Source: Paracoccaceae bacterium
GTDB taxonomy: Bacteria; Pseudomonadota; Alphaproteobacteria; Rhodobacterales; Rhodobacteraceae
Assembly: GCA_049446275.1 (NCBI GenBank)
Contig: JBMTQO010000007.1
Location: 2,286 to 66,285, forward strand
DNA length: 64,000 bases
Direction of reading: 5' to 3'
Shown here: positions 51,879-61,950 of the stretch, piece by piece
Numbering within the stretch: position 1 is the first letter of the stretch
Layout of the letters: each line of letters opens with the position of its first letter
Position numbers and translations under genes: made by a program
The notes under the pieces: generated by a model
What the model was told of the DNA's origin: nothing
Databases searched by the model: none
Seen by the model: the letters and a program-made list of their open reading frames with translations, nothing else

Positions 51879-52979
51879 TCATGCGTCAAGCGCACGACAA
51901 TCTTCCGGTTGCCACCCGATCTCAATTACTTCTCCGACGTTCAGACGTGTCTGATCCGGAGCATTCCGTGTTTTCACGATGAATTCTGTGTTGCCTGCCA
52001 CATTCAAACGCGTCCGCAGGATGTCACCCATATAGATCACTTCCAAAACTTCTGCGTTTAATAGATGTGCGCCTTCTTTTAGGCGATCTTTTCTAAACTC
52101 TACGCGCTCAGGGCGTATGGAGACGCGGGTTCGCTCTCCTTTCGCGCTGACGTTGACGGGCTTGGCGTCAATCACATCGCCATTGTCCAGCTTTACAAGG
52201 GCTATCCCATCTTTAATTTCTTCGATGACACCGTCTAGCGTGTTGTTTTCACCGATGAACTGCGCAACAAAGCTATTTTTAGGTTGTTCGTATAAAACAT
52301 CTGGTGCGTCAATCTGTTGAATCACACCATCATTAAACACGGCAACGCGGTCTGACATCGTTAGGGCCTCTGTTTGGTCGTGCGTTACGTAGACGACGGT
52401 AATGCCCAAGTTGTGCGCAAGACGCGTGATTTCAAACTGCATTTTTTCGCGCAGTTGTTTGTCCAAGGCACCCAATGGTTCGTCCATAAGAACCAATTCG
52501 GGTTCAAAAACCAAAGCACGCGCTAATGCGATGCGTTGCTGCTGCCCACCAGAAAGCTGTGCGGGACGACGACCACCGAAATCACCCATCTCAACCATGT
52601 CAAGTGCGCGCTTAACCTTGGCTTCGCGTTCAGATTTACCCAAATTCCGCACTTCCAACGGAAACGATAGGTTTTCCACAACTGTCATGTGCGGGAATAA
52701 AGCATAGTTTTGGAAAACCATGCCAATCCCACGTTTATGCGGTGGAATATTGTTGATCGACACACCGTCCAATAGGATTTCACCGTGCGTGGCTGTTTCA
52801 AAACCAGCCAACATCATAAGACAAGTTGTCTTACCAGAACCAGATGGTCCCAACATCGTTAGAAACTCACCTTTTGGAATGTCTAGATTAAGATCTTTGA
52901 CGACGAGGGATTCACCGTCATAGCTTTTTTGCACCCGATCAAATCGAACGAATGCATTGTTTGTTATGTCTAAGGCCAA
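51879..52979 (-). CDS. Polyamine-type ABC ATP-binding protein (PotA-like)
   Basis: GPSGSGKTT, LSGGQQQR, DEPLGALDK.LR, TOBE domain. TTG start at 52979 with GGGAG RBS. Confidence 0.9.
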   Translation of the reverse strand: MALDITNNAFVRFDRVQKSYDGESLVVKDLNLDIPKGEFLTMLGPSGSGKTTCLMMLAGFETATHGEILLDGVSINNIPPHKRGIGMVFQNYALFPHMTVVENLSFPLEVRNLGKSEREAKVKRALDMVEMGDFGGRRPAQLSGGQQQRIALARALVFEPELVLMDEPLGALDKQLREKMQFEITRLAHNLGITVVYVTHDQTEALTMSDRVAVFNDGVIQQIDAPDVLYEQPKNSFVAQFIGENNTLDGVIEEIKDGIALVKLDNGDVIDAKPVNVSAKGERTRVSIRPERVEFRKDRLKEGAHLLNAEVLEVIYMGDILRTRLNVAGNTEFIVKTRNAPDQTRLNVGEVIEIGWQPEDCRALDA

Positions 52980-53131
52980 ACTAGGCTCCCTTATTCCTAC
53001 GGTCTTGTGCCGTTGTTGACGCAATTGTAAACATATCAACCGCTTATGGTGCAACAAGCTTTTTGCGTTTTGAGCGAATTTTTTGGTCCGTTCTGCGTTT
53101 GAAGCAGGATGAACTGTCTAATTGCATCTAG

Positions 53132-54538
53132 CTAGAAACAAGCACATTGCTCTTCCCACAAACCTTGTTCTTTGACTATCTCCATTGCTTCATCCAGTGA
53201 TTTCCGCGCGCGCACGATCAGCAGGTCAATTTCATCGTTGGAAATGATTAAGGGAGGAGAAATGATCATGCGGTCTCCAACGTGGCGCATTATCAAGTTG
53301 TTCGCAAAACAGCGTTCGCGACAAATGTAACCAACCGTTCCTGCATTTGCCTTAAACGCCGCGCGGGTGGCTTTGTTCGGGGTCAGTGCTAGTGATCCCA
53401 TCATGCCAACGATTTTAGCTTCACCAACCATGGGGTGATCCGTCATCGCCTCCCATTTCTGCTTCAAATAGGGAGCGGCTGTGTCGCGCACGTAGCCGAC
53501 AACGTTTTCTTCTTCCATAATGCGTAGGTTTTCATTGGCGACGGCTGCAGCGACAGGATGGCTGGAATAGGTGTAGCCATGGTTGAATTCGTCCCCTGCG
53601 ATGACCTTGGCAACCTCATCACAGACAATGGACCCACCGATCGGCTGATAGCCCGAGCTGAGCCCCTTGGCTATTGTCATGATCTGTGGGCGAATGTTCA
53701 GGGTTTCGGACCCAAACCAATTTCCTGTACGGCCAAACCCACAAATGACTTCATCCACGATAAGCAAAATACCGTAATGGTCACAGATCCGCTGGACTTC
53801 GGGCCAATAAGTGTCTGGTGCAACGATCACGCCGCCCGCCCCTTGGACAGGTTCGGCGATAAAGGCGGCGACACGATCTGTCCCCAGTTGCTTGATTGCC
53901 TTTTCCAACTCGGCGGCGCGGGCGCGACCGAAATCCTCGGGAGTCATATCATCCCCTTCGCTCCACCAATTAGGTTGATTGATATGATGAATGTCAGGGA
54001 TTGGCATGCCGCCTTGTTCGTGCATCGCACTCATCCCGCCAAGCGATCCACCCCCAACGGTCGACCCGTGATAGGCATTTTTGCGGCTGATAACGATTGA
54101 TTTTTGCGGCTTCCCCTTCATCGCCCAATAATGACGTACCATGCGAATGTTTGTATCGTTAGCCTCGGACCCGGAACCTGCATAAAAAACATGGTTCAAA
54201 TCCGCTGGTGCAAGGTTTGCAATGCGTTCAGACAATTCAATGGCTGGGATATGAGTAGTTTGAAAGAAGGTGTTGTAGTAGGGCAGCTGTTTCATCTGAC
54301 GATGCGCCACATCAGCAAGCTCTTCTCGGCCGTAACCGATATTGACACACCATAGCCCCGCCATCGCGTCCAAGATTTTTTCACCATCACTGTCGTAAAC
54401 GAATACGCCATTCGCCGCGGTGATGACGCGCGCACCTTTTTCCGCCAATTGTCCCTGTGCTGTAAACGGATGCATGTGATGCGCTGCATCGCGCGCTTGC
54501 AATTCATGGGTGGGGGCGTGGTTGAAAATCTGGTTCAT
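53132..54538 (-). CDS. Class III aminotransferase (SpuC-like putrescine/omega-amine transaminase)
   Basis: HPFT, GLWCVNIGYG, AFIAEPVQGAGG, DEVICGFGRTG, AKGLSSGY, HGYTYSSHP. Confidence 0.9.
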   Translation of the reverse strand: MNQIFNHAPTHELQARDAAHHMHPFTAQGQLAEKGARVITAANGVFVYDSDGEKILDAMAGLWCVNIGYGREELADVAHRQMKQLPYYNTFFQTTHIPAIELSERIANLAPADLNHVFYAGSGSEANDTNIRMVRHYWAMKGKPQKSIVISRKNAYHGSTVGGGSLGGMSAMHEQGGMPIPDIHHINQPNWWSEGDDMTPEDFGRARAAELEKAIKQLGTDRVAAFIAEPVQGAGGVIVAPDTYWPEVQRICDHYGILLIVDEVICGFGRTGNWFGSETLNIRPQIMTIAKGLSSGYQPIGGSIVCDEVAKVIAGDEFNHGYTYSSHPVAAAVANENLRIMEEENVVGYVRDTAAPYLKQKWEAMTDHPMVGEAKIVGMMGSLALTPNKATRAAFKANAGTVGYICRERCFANNLIMRHVGDRMIISPPLIISNDEIDLLIVRARKSLDEAMEIVKEQGLWEEQCACF

Positions 54539-54588
54539 AATTTTGATCCATTTTGCTGGAATAAACGCGTGTTTGCAGGTCAGATCCC

Positions 54589-54606
54589 AAAATATGATCA
54601 AATTTT
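54589..54606. promoter_or_regulatory. Candidate GntR operator upstream of the aminotransferase
   Basis: Near-palindrome AAAATATGATCAAATTTT; a similar copy lies at 55403-55420. Confidence 0.55.
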
Positions 54607-54636
54607 ATTTTGTCAATCGAATCAGATTGCCTGTGC

Positions 54637-55290
54637 TTAACGTGAAAATTCGGCGATTACGTAGTCTATACCTTCGTTCACGTCAGCCGACATGGCGGCG
54701 GCGGCTTCGTCAAATTGACCAATACGTACGGCAGCAATCGCCTGTTGATGATGATCAACTAAATTCTGCGTTCCAACCCGACCACAGACAACCCGAAGCG
54801 ATGGTCCATAGCGCAGCCATAGATTATCTGCCAACGATTCCAAAATGGGTGCTTCAGCAAATGAATAAAGCGTTTTGTGGAATTCGTAATTGTGCCGCAA
54901 GTATGCGCCGATATCACCGCGCGCGATTGCCGAGTCTAGGCCAGAATCCAATGATTCAAGCTGTTTTAGACCATTTTCATCAATGTTTGAAAAGCCTTTA
55001 AGCGTCAATTCACGTTCGATCATCGCACGTGCAAACTTCAATTCGAACAGATTTTCGGGTGTTAAAACAGGCACACTGACACGGCGATTTCCCTGAAACT
55101 CCAGAGCACCTTCCGAAATCAGCCGGCGCAGCGCCTCGCGAACAGGAGTCATCCCCACTTCTAAACGGGCTACCAAACCCTGAATTGTCACCGCTTGGCC
55201 AGGTGCAATTTCACCAAATAACAGCAACTCTTTCAGCGCACGATAGGTCATTTCATGTGCTGGTAACCCTACTGACGTCAACTTTGTCAT
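54637..55290 (-). CDS. GntR-family (FCD) transcriptional regulator
   Basis: HTH GEIAPGQ...L...VGMTPVREALRRL; FCD N..FH. Start ATG 55290. Confidence 0.9.
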   Translation of the reverse strand: MTKLTSVGLPAHEMTYRALKELLLFGEIAPGQAVTIQGLVARLEVGMTPVREALRRLISEGALEFQGNRRVSVPVLTPENLFELKFARAMIERELTLKGFSNIDENGLKQLESLDSGLDSAIARGDIGAYLRHNYEFHKTLYSFAEAPILESLADNLWLRYGPSLRVVCGRVGTQNLVDHHQQAIAAVRIGQFDEAAAAMSADVNEGIDYVIAEFSR

Positions 55291-55402
55291 TACCTGCAAA
55301 TCCTCATTTATTGCATACTTTAGAGTATCTTGCAGCAAATTACACGACTTCTCTTGCGCCTGCGACAATCGCGTGGGAACATATAGGTGTTGCCACATGC
55401 GC

Positions 55403-55420
55403 AATTTTTGATCAAATTAT
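55403..55420. promoter_or_regulatory. Candidate GntR operator upstream of potF
   Basis: Near-palindrome AATTTTTGATCAAATTAT. Confidence 0.55.
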
Positions 55421-55461
55421 GTGCCAACGGGGAAAACCCCGTGGTTCAATGGGAGAGAGAC

Positions 55462-56547
55462 ATGAAAACTAATCTCTTATCAGCAACAGCTGGTTTGGCG
55501 ATTATCGCCTCAAGCGCTTTTAGCGAGGAAGTGCGTGTTTACAACTGGTCCGATTACATCGACGAAGAGTTGCTAACAAAATTCGAATCTGAAACAGGCA
55601 TCGATCTAATCTATGACGTCTTTGACAGCAACGAAGTACTTGAAACAAAACTACTGGCAGGTGGCTCTGGCTATGACGTTGTTGTGCCCTCTGGCACATT
55701 TCTGCAGCGTCAAATCCAAGCAGGCGCTTTCCAAAAGCTAGACGGCGCTAAGCTTTCGAACGCAGGCAACATGTGGGACGAAATTAAAGCGCGGACGGAT
55801 CAATATGACCCTGGTGGAGAGTATTCCATTAACTACATGTGGGGAACAACCGGCATTGGTTATAATATCGGCAAAGTAGAAGAAGCACTGGGTGCTGATG
55901 CGCCGCTTGATTCCTGGTCATTGGTTTTCGATCCTGCAAACATGGAAAAATTGGCGGATTGCGGTGTTCACTTCCTTGACGCCCCAGCTGAAATGATCCC
56001 AGCAGCGCTGCTATACATCGGGGAAGACCCCGATAGCCATGATCCAGAAGTGATCGCCAAGGCAGAAGCCGTATATGCAGCAGTTCGCCCATACATCCGT
56101 AAATTCCACAGCTCAGAGTACATCAATGCTCTTGCAAACGGTGAAATTTGTGTTGCAGTTGGTTGGTCAGGCGATGTGTTCCAGGCGCAATACAGCGCAG
56201 CAGAAGCGGAAAATGGGAATGAAATTGATTACTCTATTCCAGTAGAAGGCGCACAAATGTGGTTTGACCAAATGGCGATCCCAGTCGACGCACCAAACCC
56301 AGATGCAGCGCATAAATTTATCAACTTTATCATGGATGCGCAAAACTCTGCAGCGGCAACAAACTATGTTTGGTATGCCAGTGGTAACAAAGCCGCACAG
56401 GAATTTATTGATCCAGAGATCCTTGAATACCCAGCGGTTTACCCAGATGCAGCAACGCTTGCGAATTTGTTCACAACACGCCCATACGATGCACGTGTTC
56501 AGCGTGTCGTAACACGTATGTGGACAAAGATTAAGTCAGGCACTTAA
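55462..56547 (+). CDS. potF: Putrescine ABC transporter substrate-binding protein
   Basis: VYNWSDYID, YDVFDSNE.LETKLLAG.SGYD, WGTTGIG, KFHSSEYIN.LANG. Start ATG 55462. Confidence 0.9.
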   Translation: MKTNLLSATAGLAIIASSAFSEEVRVYNWSDYIDEELLTKFESETGIDLIYDVFDSNEVLETKLLAGGSGYDVVVPSGTFLQRQIQAGAFQKLDGAKLSNAGNMWDEIKARTDQYDPGGEYSINYMWGTTGIGYNIGKVEEALGADAPLDSWSLVFDPANMEKLADCGVHFLDAPAEMIPAALLYIGEDPDSHDPEVIAKAEAVYAAVRPYIRKFHSSEYINALANGEICVAVGWSGDVFQAQYSAAEAENGNEIDYSIPVEGAQMWFDQMAIPVDAPNPDAAHKFINFIMDAQNSAAATNYVWYASGNKAAQEFIDPEILEYPAVYPDAATLANLFTTRPYDARVQRVVTRMWTKIKSGT

Positions 56548-56558
56548 TCACAAAATAT

Positions 56559-56592
56559 AAAACCCGCGCGGCACAAACTGCGCGGGTTTTTT
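56559..56592 (+). terminator. Terminator-like hairpin between potF and potG
   Basis: AAAACCCGCGCGG-CACAAA-CTGCGCGGGTTTTTT. Confidence 0.75.
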
Positions 56593-56614
56593 GTTTTTAA
56601 ATTTGGGATGCACC

Positions 56615-57748
56615 ATGTCCGAAGCCCTTCGACCTGTTTTCGCCCCTTGGAATGATCCAGACGAAAAACCACTGATCCAATTCAAAAATGTGACCAAGCG
56701 ATTTGGAGATTTCACCGCAATTGATGATTTAACAATCGATATTTTTGAACGTGAATTTTTTGCCCTGTTGGGTCCATCGGGCTGTGGTAAAACCACATTG
56801 ATGCGGATGCTTGCGGGGTTTGAAACCCCGAGCGAAGGTACAATATTACTCAGCGGTCAGGACATCGCACCGATCCCGCCGAACAAACGCGCCGTAAACA
56901 TGATGTTCCAATCCTACGCGTTGTTTCCACATTTGTCAGTTTGGGAAAACATCGCCTTTGGCCTGAAGCGCGAGGGAATTAAAGGTGACGCACTAAACGG
57001 TCGTGTCGATGAAATGCTGCGACTGACGCGTTTGGAACGATTTGCAAAACGCAAACCACACCAGATTTCAGGTGGACAACGACAGCGCGTTGCCCTCGCG
57101 CGTTCATTGGCCAAGGCGCCTAAGTTGTTGTTGTTGGATGAACCACTTGGCGCGTTGGATAAAAAATTGCGTCAGGATACGCAATTCGAACTTATGGATA
57201 TTCAGGAAAAAACAGGCACAACATTTGTGATTGTGACACATGACCAAGAAGAGGCGATGACAGTCGCCAGCAGGATCGCCGTCATGGATGAAGGACGCAT
57301 GATTCAGGTCGATACCCCCGCACGTATTTATGAGGCACCCAACACCGTTTACGTGGCCGATTTTATTGGGGACGTAAATATCATCGACGGACGCGCAACG
57401 CCGTCTGGCGAACAAGTTCAAATCGCCTGGGGGGAAGGCATGTCAGACATTACCGGCACGACTGACGCATCATTCGAGAAAGGTGATCAGGTTCATCTTG
57501 CCATCCGACCGGAAAAGGTATCCATCAGTGTCGAAAAACCTGACGATACACCCAACGCATTCCAAGGTAAGGTTGTGGACATAGCCTATTTGGGCAACCT
57601 TTCAACCTACCACGTTGAAATGCCTAACGGACAGATCATCAAGGCGCAAAGCGCAAATACACGCCGTCTTTCGCGCCGCGCAATTACATGGGACGACACG
57701 GTTTGGATTAGCTTTACTGCCACCGCTGGCGTTCTGTTAAAGCGGTAG
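56615..57748 (+). CDS. potG: Putrescine ABC transporter ATP-binding protein
   Basis: GPSGCGKTT, NMMFQSYALF, DEPLGALDKKLR. Confidence 0.9.
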   Translation: MSEALRPVFAPWNDPDEKPLIQFKNVTKRFGDFTAIDDLTIDIFEREFFALLGPSGCGKTTLMRMLAGFETPSEGTILLSGQDIAPIPPNKRAVNMMFQSYALFPHLSVWENIAFGLKREGIKGDALNGRVDEMLRLTRLERFAKRKPHQISGGQRQRVALARSLAKAPKLLLLDEPLGALDKKLRQDTQFELMDIQEKTGTTFVIVTHDQEEAMTVASRIAVMDEGRMIQVDTPARIYEAPNTVYVADFIGDVNIIDGRATPSGEQVQIAWGEGMSDITGTTDASFEKGDQVHLAIRPEKVSISVEKPDDTPNAFQGKVVDIAYLGNLSTYHVEMPNGQIIKAQSANTRRLSRRAITWDDTVWISFTATAGVLLKR

Positions 57749-57750
57749 CC

Positions 57751-58641
57751 ATGCGTAGATTTGCCCTTATCGCCATCCCGTATTTTTGGCTCTTGGCCCT
57801 ATTTTTGGTGCCTTTTGCCATTGTTTTCAAAATTTCGCTGTCGGATATCGCACTATCAATACCCCCCTATTTGCCCCAATTGGATCTTGCCAAAGGATGG
57901 GAAGGATTTACCAAATTTTTAGGTGCATTGGATTTCGAAAATTTCGAATTTCTGATGATGGATGATTTGTATTACAAAGCCTATCTATCCAGTCTGAAAA
58001 TCGCAGCGATCTCGACCTTTTTGACATTGCTGATTGGATATCCAATCGCCTATGCGATGACCCGCGCAGGCGAGGAATGGCGTCCAACGCTGTTAATGTT
58101 GGTGATCCTGCCATTTTGGACATCCTTCCTGATCCGCGTTTACGCATGGATTGGCATTTTGGGACAAGAGGGGTTTTTGAACCAAACCCTAATGTTCCTT
58201 GGGTTGACGTCTGAACCCCTCATCATTCTGAACACACCCATCGCGGTCTATATCGGAATCGTTTACACCTATCTGCCGTTTATGATTTTGCCGATCTATT
58301 CCGCGTTGGAAAAACTGGACAATAGCCTGTTAGAGGCAGCTGAGGATTTGGGCTGTTCGCGTATCACGGCATTCTGGTTAGTCACATTCCCATTATCACG
58401 CGGTGGGATCATCGCGGGCTGTTTCCTTGTGTTTATTCCAACCTTGGGCGAATTTGTGATTCCATCCCTCTTGGGCGGATCAAACACATTGATGATTGGT
58501 AAGGTTCTTTGGGATGAATTCTTCTCAAACCGTGATTGGCCCTTGGCCTCTGCGGTGGCCGTTATCTTGTTATTGATCCTGATCATTCCGATCATCTTGT
58601 TCCAACGAAATGAACAAAAACAACGGGAGTCGGAGGGATGA
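57751..58641 (+). CDS. potH: Putrescine ABC transporter permease
   Basis: IPYFWL..LFLVPF, PFWTSFLIRVYAW, LEAAEDLG, NRDWP.ASA. Confidence 0.9.
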   Translation: MRRFALIAIPYFWLLALFLVPFAIVFKISLSDIALSIPPYLPQLDLAKGWEGFTKFLGALDFENFEFLMMDDLYYKAYLSSLKIAAISTFLTLLIGYPIAYAMTRAGEEWRPTLLMLVILPFWTSFLIRVYAWIGILGQEGFLNQTLMFLGLTSEPLIILNTPIAVYIGIVYTYLPFMILPIYSALEKLDNSLLEAAEDLGCSRITAFWLVTFPLSRGGIIAGCFLVFIPTLGEFVIPSLLGGSNTLMIGKVLWDEFFSNRDWPLASAVAVILLLILIIPIILFQRNEQKQRESEG

Positions 58642-59453
58642 GACGTCTAACTTGGTTTAACACAACATCCCTAACACTCGGGTTTGCCTTTCTTTACCTA
58701 CCCATGGTGATTTTGGTGATCTATTCGTTCAACTCATCGAAATTGGTCACGGTTTGGGCTGGGTTTTCCACAAAATGGTATGGCGAGTTGATGCGGAATG
58801 AGGCGTTCTTGGACGCTGCGTGGGTGACTATTAAGGTTGCCGTTTTATCATCAACCTTTGCCACCGTTCTCGGCACCTTGGCCGCCTATGTTCTTGTGCG
58901 CGCGGGTCGGTTTTGGGGGCGGACATTGTTCTCTGGGATGATCTATGCACCGCTTGTGATGCCAGAAGTCATTACGGGCCTATCCCTTCTTCTCCTATTT
59001 ATTGGTATTGGTCTGGATCGGGGCGTCATGACGATCGTCTTGGCCCACACCACCTTTTCAATGTGCTATGTGTCTGTGGTTGTGTCATCGCGCCTTGCGA
59101 CCTTTGATATGTCACTGGAAGAGGCCGCATTGGATTTGGGGTCCACCCCATTTGAGGCATTTCGTCTGGTGACATTACCCATCATCGCACCCGCGGTCAT
59201 CTCGGGATGGCTCTTAGCCTTCACACTGTCATTGGATGATTTGGTGATCGCATCCTTCACCTCTGGTCCGTCGGCCACCACTCTACCGATCAAGATTTTC
59301 TCGGCCGTGCGCCTTGGGGTCAGTCCAGAAATCAATGCGCTTTCAACGATCATGATTGCGATGGTGACCATTGGTGTGATTTCGGCCTCGCTGATTTCGA
59401 AACGCGCCGCGGTGCGCCAACGATTAGAAGAACAGCAAGCCGTGAGTTCCTAA
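58638..59453 (+). CDS. potI: Putrescine ABC transporter permease
   Basis: YSFNSSKLVTVWAGFS..WY, PLVMPEVITG, LEEAALDLG, SLDDLVI. Confidence 0.9.
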   Translation: MRRLTWFNTTSLTLGFAFLYLPMVILVIYSFNSSKLVTVWAGFSTKWYGELMRNEAFLDAAWVTIKVAVLSSTFATVLGTLAAYVLVRAGRFWGRTLFSGMIYAPLVMPEVITGLSLLLLFIGIGLDRGVMTIVLAHTTFSMCYVSVVVSSRLATFDMSLEEAALDLGSTPFEAFRLVTLPIIAPAVISGWLLAFTLSLDDLVIASFTSGPSATTLPIKIFSAVRLGVSPEINALSTIMIAMVTIGVISASLISKRAAVRQRLEEQQAVSS

Positions 59454-60782
59454 ATGCGCTATGTCTATGAAACTGCAGCCTATGGTCCCGATCCCATTCG
59501 GGACCTTTATTGGTCAACGACAGTTCCATCTGTTACATTGCCGACATTAGACGGATCGCACAAAACCGATGTTGCCGTCATAGGTGCTGGATTTACGGGC
59601 TTGTCCGCGGCCTATCATTTGGGACAGGCAGGTGTTGATGTTACCGTGATGGATGCACAACATCCCATGTTCGGCGCAACGGGACGTAATGGTGGATTCT
59701 GCTGTTTGGGCGGCGGGAAAATTTCAATTGCACGTTTAGATAGGCTTTATGGATCAGATCAACGACAATTATACCGCCAAGCGGAAAAGGCCGCTGTCGA
59801 TCTGGTTGATCAATTTATTTCCGACCATGATTTAGATGTCGATCGCCACTCAAATGGCGAAACACTCTTGGCCCACAAACCAAAACATGCGCGGGACTTT
59901 CCCGCGATTCAGGCCGAAATTCGGCGCGACTACGGCGTCACCGCCGAGATTTTGGAAAAACAGGAACTTCGCCAAAACGGGTTGGGCGGCGCATTTCATG
60001 GCGCAATCACAACCCCCATTGGCTTTGGATTGAATCCCCAAAAATATGCCAGCGGATTATTACAAATGGCACAAACTAAAGGTGCCAAAATCTATGCCAA
60101 CACCCCCGCCCAGCGCATTGTGCCAACGACATCAGGATACGACATCGAGACCCCAAACGGGACAGTATCCTGCAACAAATTCATCATCGCCACAAATGGC
60201 TATTCATCCGAGGATATGTTTCCATGGATGCGCGCACGCTTTTTGCCTGTACAGTCATCTGTCATCGTCACGCGTCCGATCACGGATCAGGAACAAACGG
60301 CGCAAGGATGGACCAGCGCGCAAATGGCGTATGACAGTCGGTTTTTGCTACACTATTTTCGAATGATGCCGAACAATCGATTCCTGTTTGGCATGCGTGG
60401 TGGACTGCATTACACCGAACGTTCTAACGCACGGATCCGTCAAAAAATCAGGCGCGATTTTGCTGGGATGTTTCCTGCATGGCGTGATGTGACCATTGAT
60501 TATGAATGGTCAGGGCTTGTGGCGCTTAACCGATCTGAAACGCCCTTTATCGGTGAAATTCCGGGATACGCGGGGGGCTATGCGGGGTTTGGTTATCACG
60601 GGAATGGCATCGCGATGGCCAGCTATGCTGGTGCACTTCTCTGTGATGTGGTGTTGGATCAGATTGACACGCGCCCCTACTCCAAGGCATTTCAACGCAT
60701 TCCCACGCAGTTTCCGCTGGGGCGGTTTCGCCGCTATATGCTCGCGCCAATCTATGCGCTGGCCCAAAGCGTGGATTTATGA
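59454..60782 (+). CDS. FAD-dependent oxidoreductase (DAO family, PuuB/OrdL-like)
   Basis: VIGAGFTGLSAA, GATGRNGG, ATNGY, GYHGNG; directly after potI. Confidence 0.85.
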   Translation: MRYVYETAAYGPDPIRDLYWSTTVPSVTLPTLDGSHKTDVAVIGAGFTGLSAAYHLGQAGVDVTVMDAQHPMFGATGRNGGFCCLGGGKISIARLDRLYGSDQRQLYRQAEKAAVDLVDQFISDHDLDVDRHSNGETLLAHKPKHARDFPAIQAEIRRDYGVTAEILEKQELRQNGLGGAFHGAITTPIGFGLNPQKYASGLLQMAQTKGAKIYANTPAQRIVPTTSGYDIETPNGTVSCNKFIIATNGYSSEDMFPWMRARFLPVQSSVIVTRPITDQEQTAQGWTSAQMAYDSRFLLHYFRMMPNNRFLFGMRGGLHYTERSNARIRQKIRRDFAGMFPAWRDVTIDYEWSGLVALNRSETPFIGEIPGYAGGYAGFGYHGNGIAMASYAGALLCDVVLDQIDTRPYSKAFQRIPTQFPLGRFRRYMLAPIYALAQSVDL

Positions 60783-60821
60783 CCGCCGCGCCAGATAAAA
60801 CGCAACGGTCATTGTGTTACC

Positions 60822-61337
60822 CTAGTTTTTTGCGCCCACGCTTGGCAAAACCCAATCCGCACGGGGGAAGTGACAGGTATAGCCGTTCGGGTGACGCACC
60901 AAATAATCCTGATGTTCTGGTTCTGCCTCCCAAAATGTAACCGCAGGCGACACCTTGGTCACGACAGGAGCTGGCCATAAACCAGAGGCGTTCACGTCCA
61001 CAATTGTTTTCACGGCCATCTCTTTTTGCGCATCGCTTGTATAGAAAATTTCAGACCGATAGCTGTCGCCAATATCATTTCCTTGGCGGTCAATCGTTGT
61101 CGGGTCATGTATTTGGAAAAAGAATTCCAACAATTTTCGATAGCTGACCACCGATGGATCAAATTCGATCTCAACCGCCTCTGCATGCCCTGTGGTTTTT
61201 GTGCAGACCAATCGATATGTTGGATTGTCCACATGACCCCCTGTGTACCCAACACGCGTTTTGTGAACCCCAGGGATGCAACGAATTAAATCCTCCATTC
61301 CCCAAAAACATCCACCTGCAAATACCGCCGTTTCCAT
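60822..61337 (-). CDS. msrA: Peptide-methionine (S)-S-oxide reductase
   Basis: [36 protein letters not shown]. Start ATG 61337. Confidence 0.95.
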   Translation of the reverse strand: METAVFAGGCFWGMEDLIRCIPGVHKTRVGYTGGHVDNPTYRLVCTKTTGHAEAVEIEFDPSVVSYRKLLEFFFQIHDPTTIDRQGNDIGDSYRSEIFYTSDAQKEMAVKTIVDVNASGLWPAPVVTKVSPAVTFWEAEPEHQDYLVRHPNGYTCHFPRADWVLPSVGAKN

Positions 61338-61338
61338 C

Positions 61339-61785
61339 TTAGTCCTCCACTTGGTCCAAATAGGCGCCATAACCTTCACCTTCCATCTCATCCTTCGGCA
61401 CAAAGCGAAGCGATGCGGAATTGATGCAATAGCGCAATCCGCCACGATCCTGGGGGCCATCTGGGAATACGTGGCCCAAATGGCTATCCCCATGCGTGCT
61501 GCGCACTTCTGTACGGATCATGCCATGCGTTGTATCACGCAACTCATTTATATGTGCCGCTTCAATCGGTTTGGTAAAACTGGGCCATCCACATCCACTC
61601 TCATACTTATCAGAGGATGCAAATAGGGGTTCGCCTGAGACAATATCAACGTAAATTCCGGACTCTTTGTTATCAAGAAGCTTGCCTGTCCCGGGCCGCT
61701 CCGTCCCACTTTCTTGGGTCACCCAAAATTCCTCATCGCTTAATCGCGCGATGGCATTTGGATCTTTGAAATAGCCTGCACTCAT
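61339..61785 (-). CDS. msrB: Peptide-methionine (R)-S-oxide reductase
   Basis: [29 protein letters not shown]. Start ATG 61785. Confidence 0.95.
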   Translation of the reverse strand: MSAGYFKDPNAIARLSDEEFWVTQESGTERPGTGKLLDNKESGIYVDIVSGEPLFASSDKYESGCGWPSFTKPIEAAHINELRDTTHGMIRTEVRSTHGDSHLGHVFPDGPQDRGGLRYCINSASLRFVPKDEMEGEGYGAYLDQVED

Positions 61786-61919
61786 GATGATCTCCTCTTC
61801 GCTTGCCTCATAAGGTAAGCGAATTTCACCAAGCATCAAGAACCCATCAACAACCCGTTACGGGAAGGTGGGCGGAGCGAATTGCCCTGCACGAGCGTCG
61901 CACGCCTGAACGCTCGCGC

Positions 61920-61950
61920 ACCGACATAATACCGACGTAATACCGACGTT
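61920..61950. repeat. Short tandem repeat, 11-bp unit x ~2.8
   Basis: ACCGACATAAT ACCGACGTAAT ACCGACGTT, immediately beyond the serB stop. Confidence 0.75.

Noticed and set aside
60822-61785. MsrB-MsrA fusion by readthrough or frameshift, or a selenoprotein
   Set aside because: msrB ends in TAA, and msrA starts 1 nt later in another frame with its own GGAGG RBS. Catalytic residues are Cys and there is no slippery site.
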